Source of the DNA: Planctomycetota bacterium
GTDB lineage: Bacteria > Planctomycetota > JAJSAM01 > JAJVHW01
Assembly (NCBI GenBank): GCA_965248445.1
Contig: CBDFJG010000003.1
Span: 1,536,001 to 1,600,000, forward strand
DNA: 64,000 nucleotides
Reading direction: 5' to 3'
Below the pieces are notes generated by a model, which did not search any database, was not told the origin of the DNA, and saw only the letters and a list, made by a program, of their open reading frames with translations. The first letter of the stretch is position 1. Each line of letters begins with the position of its first letter. This document shows positions 59,101 through 64,000 of the stretch, one piece after another. The translations under genes and the position numbers were made by a program.

Positions 59101-59120
59101 CGTCTCCACAAAGGCGACAC
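56109..59120 (-). CDS. Fusion of a PlsC-type lysophospholipid acyltransferase and a YiiX/YebB-like permuted papain (NlpC/P60) domain
   Basis: NHPNSVLD (HX4D), IFPEG, PIVPVG; central TMs; LRPGDILIERR...FWPHSALY...GKPYDFDFD...LVCTEV (His before Cys). Confidence 0.85.
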   Translation of the reverse strand: MSPLWRRFALTLAWLITRVYYRSFKVIGAANVPPQGPVLLVVNHPNSVLDAGALISAIPRAVRFGAKEPLFHNKIWGPILRGTGGIPIHRRQDKDSDPTRNQDTYSAFVAGLHAGDVCAIFPEGFSHLEPRLGVVKAGAAKIALVAQQMSGAGLMIPIVPVGLSFRPEQAFRGDAYVNIGQPFTCEDVAARPFEESIPVVQQRIRDAIEPLMIHMERPDLAPLVHGVARAYRAHQKAAGREVASRPESERIASLAFNHFLATDPAVIDEVRRRHDQYVELAGDSKVREAALRVRGHKRRWFLTFIGLFIELILGFPIFAIGFVVSLLPVRLTEYISRRYIRTGGGEAALPVTRVVVGGFAFLLFYGVIGGLFHDWSQSHWASLAFIGILVACTMFMVRYRRHARAWYHRLLALSPAFIQRKALAAARESRSRLVWYVHQALVRYQEEAGEQVLPTEAEVLRKAERRQRMKILVRRALLVAGVVAAFFVIRGCEEAVPDQLVDVPSPWMRLPADQADLVVERDALALAGYLDALDTLDQAEIELREDFREGRRDYYTPADDLAIHMALARFLHVRQGLVRIAWYYRETPDTRDDDATARALVLAHTATVELCAREMQFIDTFGDDDEAKRKLNEADPARGVPPRMFNKIRARLGDRAALEALAAGSEAFAELDHGGKLPRGEPWERLAREAERGARVVEQLSERVVKYKVKHSLRHTVNLGEDGIYKVSAVVSTWIGDARVRQRPGDGGLISEKQVEDLRRELRPGDILIERRNWYLSNAFLPGFWPHSALYIGSRADIEKLGLHNDERVSPHVSDLDLPDPHGGERVVIESISDGVVFTSLEYSVGGADAVCVLRPLLPQATIDEAIARAFSHLGKPYDFDFDFFSTDKLVCTEVIHQAYGKSLDFELVEIMDRKTLPALQIVRRWVDTKDDPEPLLELVAFLDADEDAGTAVASDADTLVETLDRPGMTLLEERKGRPRFLSTPVLVLAGLVLLTLLVTRRE

Positions 59121-59164
59121 GGGCGCAGGCTATACGAGTGGCCGGTCAGGCCATCGGCGGCGGG

Positions 59165-62100
59165 TCACGAACTGCGACGGCGGAGGGAGAAGCCTCGCAT
59201 CGCGTAGATCGACAGGCCGTCCACGGCGAGCGTCCCGTCGGCCGTGACGGTGCCGAGCTCGTCGTCGAACACCACGTTCCGCGCCTCGACCGAGACCCGC
59301 CGCGCGGAGGGAGTCACCTGTCCGCGGTAGGTCCACTCGTGCTCCATACCGGGAGACGTGGCCGACGCATCGAACGCCGCCTCGGCGCCCCATCGCTCGG
59401 CCGCTGCGATCTGAAGCAGTTGCACGAGCGCCTCGAGGCCGAGAGATCCCGGCCACACGGGGTCGTCCTTGAAGTGAGCGTCGAAGAACCAGGCCGACTC
59501 GTCGACGTCGATCCCGCCGCGGACGATGCCCTCGTCCAGATCCAGCCGCTCGATCTCAGCGACCATGCGCCAGCTCTCAGCAAGCGGCAGCGCAGCCTTG
59601 CGCGGGGCCAGTGCGACCGAGTCCTGGGTGAAGGCACCGAGGCCCTCCTGCCGCGCGAGGGAGTCCTCGGTGAAGAATCCGAAGTAGGACGTGCCGTCGT
59701 AGACGAGGTCACCGTCCTCGCGCACCTCGAACGCGTAGTTCTGCACGATCATGTCGCCGGCGGACGAGACGCTGGTACAGGTTGCGCGCGTCGTCAACCG
59801 GGCACCGGCGCGGACGTCCCGGTGGACGGTTGCCTGTCCGCCGAGGTTGCGGAAGCGCAGGTCGTTCGGACTCGTGAGCGCCGAGCCCATGTAGGCGGCG
59901 AACCACCCGCACGCCTGGAGCGCGATCTCGTTGAGCACGGCATACGGCATCGCAGTGCGGCCGGAAGCCGCGAAGTACCACGCGTCGCCGGGGACCTCGT
60001 AGGCGGCCTGGATCGTGCCGCCCTCCTGCATGGCAAACGGAGGCGCTGCAAGCGGATCGACGGAGTCGATGAACGAGAACGGCGGCGCCGGCAGCCGCGC
60101 CACGAAACGCGCGGTGTCGAACGCAGCGTACACCGGACCCCAGGCGTCGGACGGACGCCCGGTGGCAAACGCGAGAATTCCCTCCCGCGTCGTGGCCGGG
60201 AGGGCGCAATCGTCTGCACGGAACAGCGACTCGACCTCTTCCCTCGTCGTGCCGGAGACGCGCAGAGACATGTCCGTCATCTGCACGACCAACCGGCCGT
60301 CGGCGTACATGAGCGCATCGGCGATCGCGTACGGCTCGGGGCCGTAGCCGATCTCCTTGACGTGCACCTCGTACTGGGAGACGCGCGTCGAGGCGATCAC
60401 CTGACCGCGGCATTGGAGGCTGCTGGCAATGCCGGGAACCGGTTCGTACACCACGCTGTCGCGCTCGCCCACGAAGCCGAGGCGCATGAGGAACACGCGC
60501 AGAGTGTGCAGCGAGCACTCGTACATCAGCGTGCCGGGCATCACCTCGTCGTCCACGAAGTGGCACGTCAGGAACCAGTCGTCAGGGTGAATGTCGGTCT
60601 CGCCGCGCACGAACCCGCTGCCGAAGCGGCCGCCGTCCGGATCGAGGTCGGTGATGCGGTCGATCAACGCAAGACGACCGGACGGCATCGGAGCGGGGTC
60701 ACGAAGCCCTTCGAACTCCGCCCCGAACGCCGCCGCCAGGTCGCCGCGGCCGAGCGCCGCCATCCCGTCCTCGTCCAGTGACGTGCGTTTGACGTCGGCC
60801 GGCGGCCGCCAGTCCTCGGGCAGCACGCCCGACGCGGGCGCTCTGTCCTCTTCCGTCAGCACGACACCCTTGCCCGACGCCAGTTCCTCGTTCGTGAAGA
60901 AGCCGGCGCAGCCGTCGCGCATCGTCAGCAGGGGCCGGCCGTCGACACTGCCCTCGAACTGGAAACGGAAGAGATGTGTCTCGCCCTGCCGGAACCAGTT
61001 CAGGATGCGAATGTCGTAGCGGATCACGGCGCCGGGCCGCGGCAGCGGTGAGTGGAACGTCACCTCGGCGTCCAGCAACCGGTAGACAGCATCGCCCCAG
61101 GTGAGGAAGTCCACGCCCATGAAGGCGGAGAGGAACAGGTCGGCCTGACCGGACTCGATCGCAATCGAAGTCGGGATGCGGTCGAGATCCAGGTACCAAC
61201 CGTCGTCGAGCACGTCGTGCTCCGTGACAATGCGCCCCGGGCCGATGCGGCCCTGGTCCGCTTCGACCGACACGATGCGGTCGACGAGCATCAGCGGCTC
61301 GTCCGGTAGCCGCACGCGCGTGGGATGAGCGTCGACCGCCGCGAACTCCGGTCCGAGCACATCACCGATGCGCCCCCGGCCGAACGTCAAGCACGCCTCG
61401 CGGTCGAAGGCGACGTCGGTCCGCGGCGGCGCCGCCACCGTTGCTACGGACGCCCCGCCTGCGACGAGTGCCATCTGCGCCTGCATGTTCGCCTCGGCCA
61501 GTTGCGCGGAACGTGCACTCACCCGCAGGAACGCGTAGTGCGCCGCTGTGCGCGCCGCGCTGGCCCCGGCCACTGCCGCTGCAAGTCCGTCCGAGAGCGG
61601 CGGAGGCTGCGGCGACGCCACCGGCGGCCGCGGAACGTCGAACGGCGCCCCCCGCGCGCGCAGCGCGACGAGCGGTCCGGCACCCGGCCTGGCCTCGTAG
61701 TCGCGGTAGAGCGACAACAGGTCCAGGTCGACTCCGTGTGATGCGAGCGTCGCCAGTCCCTCGAACAGCGACTCGAGCGGATCACGATTACGCGGGCACA
61801 GGGCCACGGTGGCGTGCGGGCGGTCGGCCAGGATCTCGCCGATCATGCGCGTGCACGACGCACCCGGTCCGACCTCCACGAAGATGCGCACGCCGTCGTC
61901 GTACGCCTGCCGCACGAGCTTTGGGAAGTCGAACCCGTGGAGCGCGCCCTCGGTGATCGAGTCGGCGCACGCGTCGGGGCCCGGCTCGTACTCCCGGCCC
62001 CAAGCGGCACTGTAAAAGCGAACGCCGTCGACGGGAGACGCGTCCGGGAACATATGCAGCGCGCGGTACCGATCGCGGACCGGCTCGACGACCTCGCAAT

Positions 62101-64000
62101 GGACGGTCGTGACGCCGTGCAGGTTGTGGAACGCGGCGCCGACGTCCTCGACGAGATCGCGCATGGCACGGGAGTCGCCCCCGATCACACACTGGGTGTC
62201 CGTGTTCACGATGAGCAGGTACGTGCGCGGGTGGCGCGCCACGGCTTCGCGGACGAGCTCCGCCGGCGCGTCGACCACACCGACCGCCCACGAGACCGGT
62301 ACGTCGGCCCGCAGCTGCCATGTCTCACGGGCGGCCTCACACGGGCCGGCCAGGTCGCGGGAGAACAGCGTCGTGTCGCGCATGCGGAGCAGCATCTCGT
62401 CGCGGTGCCCCCATGCGTGCAACGCCCAGAGCGCCGTGCTCTCTCCGAGCGAGTAGCCGAGGGCCGCATGCGGCTCGACCCACAGCGCAGCGAGGATCGA
62501 TGTCACGAACATCCCCACGCCCACCTGCGCACGAAGGAGCGGCCCGTGGTCGTCCGGCCGCTGAGGCGCATCGGCGCGCCACGCGTACTCGGGGGCCATC
62601 TGCGAGCGCTCGGCGACGGTGTCGAGGCCCTGCGCTGCCGACGGGAACCAGACCGCGAGTTCGCGTCCCATGTCGGGGAAGTGGTTTCCCGAGCCCGGAT
62701 ACACGAACGCCACCTGGCCGGCGGCGGCGAGCGGCTCCGCTGCGACGCGCACTCCGCGCTCGGTCGAACCGGTGTCGAGCGCGCGACCGGCCGCCGCCAC
62801 GCGGTCGGCCAGGTCGTCCCTTTCGCGCACCACGAGCGCGACCCGTGCGGACTCGCTCTTCGCCTCACGCGACCACCAGCGTGCGGCGGCCGCATGGATG
62901 GACTCACCCGCGCGGCGCCACGCCGCCAGCGCACCGAGTTCGTGCGGCGCCGCCAAGAACACAGCGAGTGGCAACTCGCGGAGCCGGCGCATTCCGCCCG
63001 GCCGGAGCAGGACACCGCCCGCCTGAGCGATGCGCAGACCTCGGTCGTTCAGCCACGGCCGCGGCCGGTCAACCGTGCCGTCGTTGATTCCGGGCGGGAG
63101 GACGCCTTCGGTGAGGCAGCCCACGGCCAAGGCGACGTCGGCCATGCCGCTCGCCGACCCCAGGCCGCCGAGTCGTCCGGAGAGACCGTCGAACGGCAGT
63201 GTGGCGGCGACCGCCGCCGGCCATGCCGCCGGAGCAATCACAGCGACACAGGTGCGAGGATCCCACTCGTGAAGGCCCTCCTTCTCCCAGCGCTCGAGCA
63301 CGAGCACGGCAGCACCGTCGGCCGCGGGACGGTCCGCGCCCGTACGCCCCGACACGAGATTTCGCACCTCCCCGGCCGCGTCGACCGCCCCCACCACGGC
63401 ACAGTCGATCTCGCCGCGGCGGATCGCCTGAAGCGCGAGCGACATCGCCGTCGTTCCGGGGTCCGCGGCACCGATCGACATGCACGGTCCGCCAAACCCG
63501 AACTCTCGCGCGACGCGAGTCGCGATGACGCCACCGAGTGCTCCGAGCGTGCGATCGGCGGTGAGCGGGGGCGAAGCGAGATCCGCACCGGTCCAGCGAA
63601 CGTGAAAGTCGGTCGTGCCGGGATCGAGCTCGATCCCGAAGAAGACGCCGGTGCGAAGCGGGTCCTCCGCGTCGTGTGTACTGCCCTTCATGAGGTCGCT
63701 GCGAACCGCCCGTCGCTTGGCTTCAGCCATGTCGAGTGCGGCCTTCGCGACGTCCAGCGCGACGACCTGCTGCGGGAGCATCTCGCGGAGTTCGGTCGGG
63801 GGGATGCGGAAGCGGCGGGCCGGGACACTCAGCGTCCCCCAGCGGCGCGCGGCCGGGGCATCGATCCCGAACGAGCCCTGCGTCGTGGCGTCAACCGCCA
63901 CGTCCTCTGACAGGATCCGTTCGTACACGGCCGTCGTGTCCGCGTCTGGTCCTACTCGGAGTGCGAATCCCGTGATCGCGATCCGCTCCTCGCTCGGCAC
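59165..64000 (-). CDS. PUFA synthase subunit (CLF-AT-DH-DH; PfaBC/Pfa3-like), probably 5'-truncated by the window
   Basis: KS-like domain lacking the catalytic Cys (CLF); AT motifs FVYPGSG and GYSLG; FabA-type DH motifs WFLTCHF..DEVMPG and WFFDAHFKDDPVWPGSLG. Confidence 0.9.
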   Translation of the reverse strand: MPSEERIAITGFALRVGPDADTTAVYERILSEDVAVDATTQGSFGIDAPAARRWGTLSVPARRFRIPPTELREMLPQQVVALDVAKAALDMAEAKRRAVRSDLMKGSTHDAEDPLRTGVFFGIELDPGTTDFHVRWTGADLASPPLTADRTLGALGGVIATRVAREFGFGGPCMSIGAADPGTTAMSLALQAIRRGEIDCAVVGAVDAAGEVRNLVSGRTGADRPAADGAAVLVLERWEKEGLHEWDPRTCVAVIAPAAWPAAVAATLPFDGLSGRLGGLGSASGMADVALAVGCLTEGVLPPGINDGTVDRPRPWLNDRGLRIAQAGGVLLRPGGMRRLRELPLAVFLAAPHELGALAAWRRAGESIHAAAARWWSREAKSESARVALVVRERDDLADRVAAAGRALDTGSTERGVRVAAEPLAAAGQVAFVYPGSGNHFPDMGRELAVWFPSAAQGLDTVAERSQMAPEYAWRADAPQRPDDHGPLLRAQVGVGMFVTSILAALWVEPHAALGYSLGESTALWALHAWGHRDEMLLRMRDTTLFSRDLAGPCEAARETWQLRADVPVSWAVGVVDAPAELVREAVARHPRTYLLIVNTDTQCVIGGDSRAMRDLVEDVGAAFHNLHGVTTVHCEVVEPVRDRYRALHMFPDASPVDGVRFYSAAWGREYEPGPDACADSITEGALHGFDFPKLVRQAYDDGVRIFVEVGPGASCTRMIGEILADRPHATVALCPRNRDPLESLFEGLATLASHGVDLDLLSLYRDYEARPGAGPLVALRARGAPFDVPRPPVASPQPPPLSDGLAAAVAGASAARTAAHYAFLRVSARSAQLAEANMQAQMALVAGGASVATVAAPPRTDVAFDREACLTFGRGRIGDVLGPEFAAVDAHPTRVRLPDEPLMLVDRIVSVEADQGRIGPGRIVTEHDVLDDGWYLDLDRIPTSIAIESGQADLFLSAFMGVDFLTWGDAVYRLLDAEVTFHSPLPRPGAVIRYDIRILNWFRQGETHLFRFQFEGSVDGRPLLTMRDGCAGFFTNEELASGKGVVLTEEDRAPASGVLPEDWRPPADVKRTSLDEDGMAALGRGDLAAAFGAEFEGLRDPAPMPSGRLALIDRITDLDPDGGRFGSGFVRGETDIHPDDWFLTCHFVDDEVMPGTLMYECSLHTLRVFLMRLGFVGERDSVVYEPVPGIASSLQCRGQVIASTRVSQYEVHVKEIGYGPEPYAIADALMYADGRLVVQMTDMSLRVSGTTREEVESLFRADDCALPATTREGILAFATGRPSDAWGPVYAAFDTARFVARLPAPPFSFIDSVDPLAAPPFAMQEGGTIQAAYEVPGDAWYFAASGRTAMPYAVLNEIALQACGWFAAYMGSALTSPNDLRFRNLGGQATVHRDVRAGARLTTRATCTSVSSAGDMIVQNYAFEVREDGDLVYDGTSYFGFFTEDSLARQEGLGAFTQDSVALAPRKAALPLAESWRMVAEIERLDLDEGIVRGGIDVDESAWFFDAHFKDDPVWPGSLGLEALVQLLQIAAAERWGAEAAFDASATSPGMEHEWTYRGQVTPSARRVSVEARNVVFDDELGTVTADGTLAVDGLSIYAMRGFSLRRRSS

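Overview
GC-rich bacterial window. Its ECF sigma factor with a large extracytoplasmic extension, Trx7/PDZ protein and many secreted beta-solenoid, FG-GAP and CAP proteins suggest Planctomycetota (inference only). Recognisable content: a PHP/CehA-like metallohydrolase, a serine hydrolase, a vapBC-type toxin-antitoxin pair with neighbouring gene remnants, two apparently identical single-ORF IS66-family elements in direct orientation, an oleABCD olefin operon with an Sfp-type PPTase, valS, hisS and the 3' part of a PUFA-synthase (PfaBC/Pfa3-like) gene. Three features stand out. (1) An ORF-poor ~1.07-kb segment (19572-20639) between the IS copies looks like a large, highly structured non-coding RNA: sigma70-type promoter, nested 5'/3' long-range helices, UUCG/GNRA hairpins, a recurring AA(A)CCCYGARRG-like module and a 15-bp downstream hairpin. 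I cannot assign it to a known RNA class. (2) A thioredoxin/PDZ protein split in the ORF track is probably one selenoprotein with a double-UGA U-V-P-U-x-x-C motif followed by two hairpins. (3) A PlsC-type acyltransferase is fused to a permuted papain-like (YiiX/NlpC-P60) domain directly downstream of the PUFA synthase.
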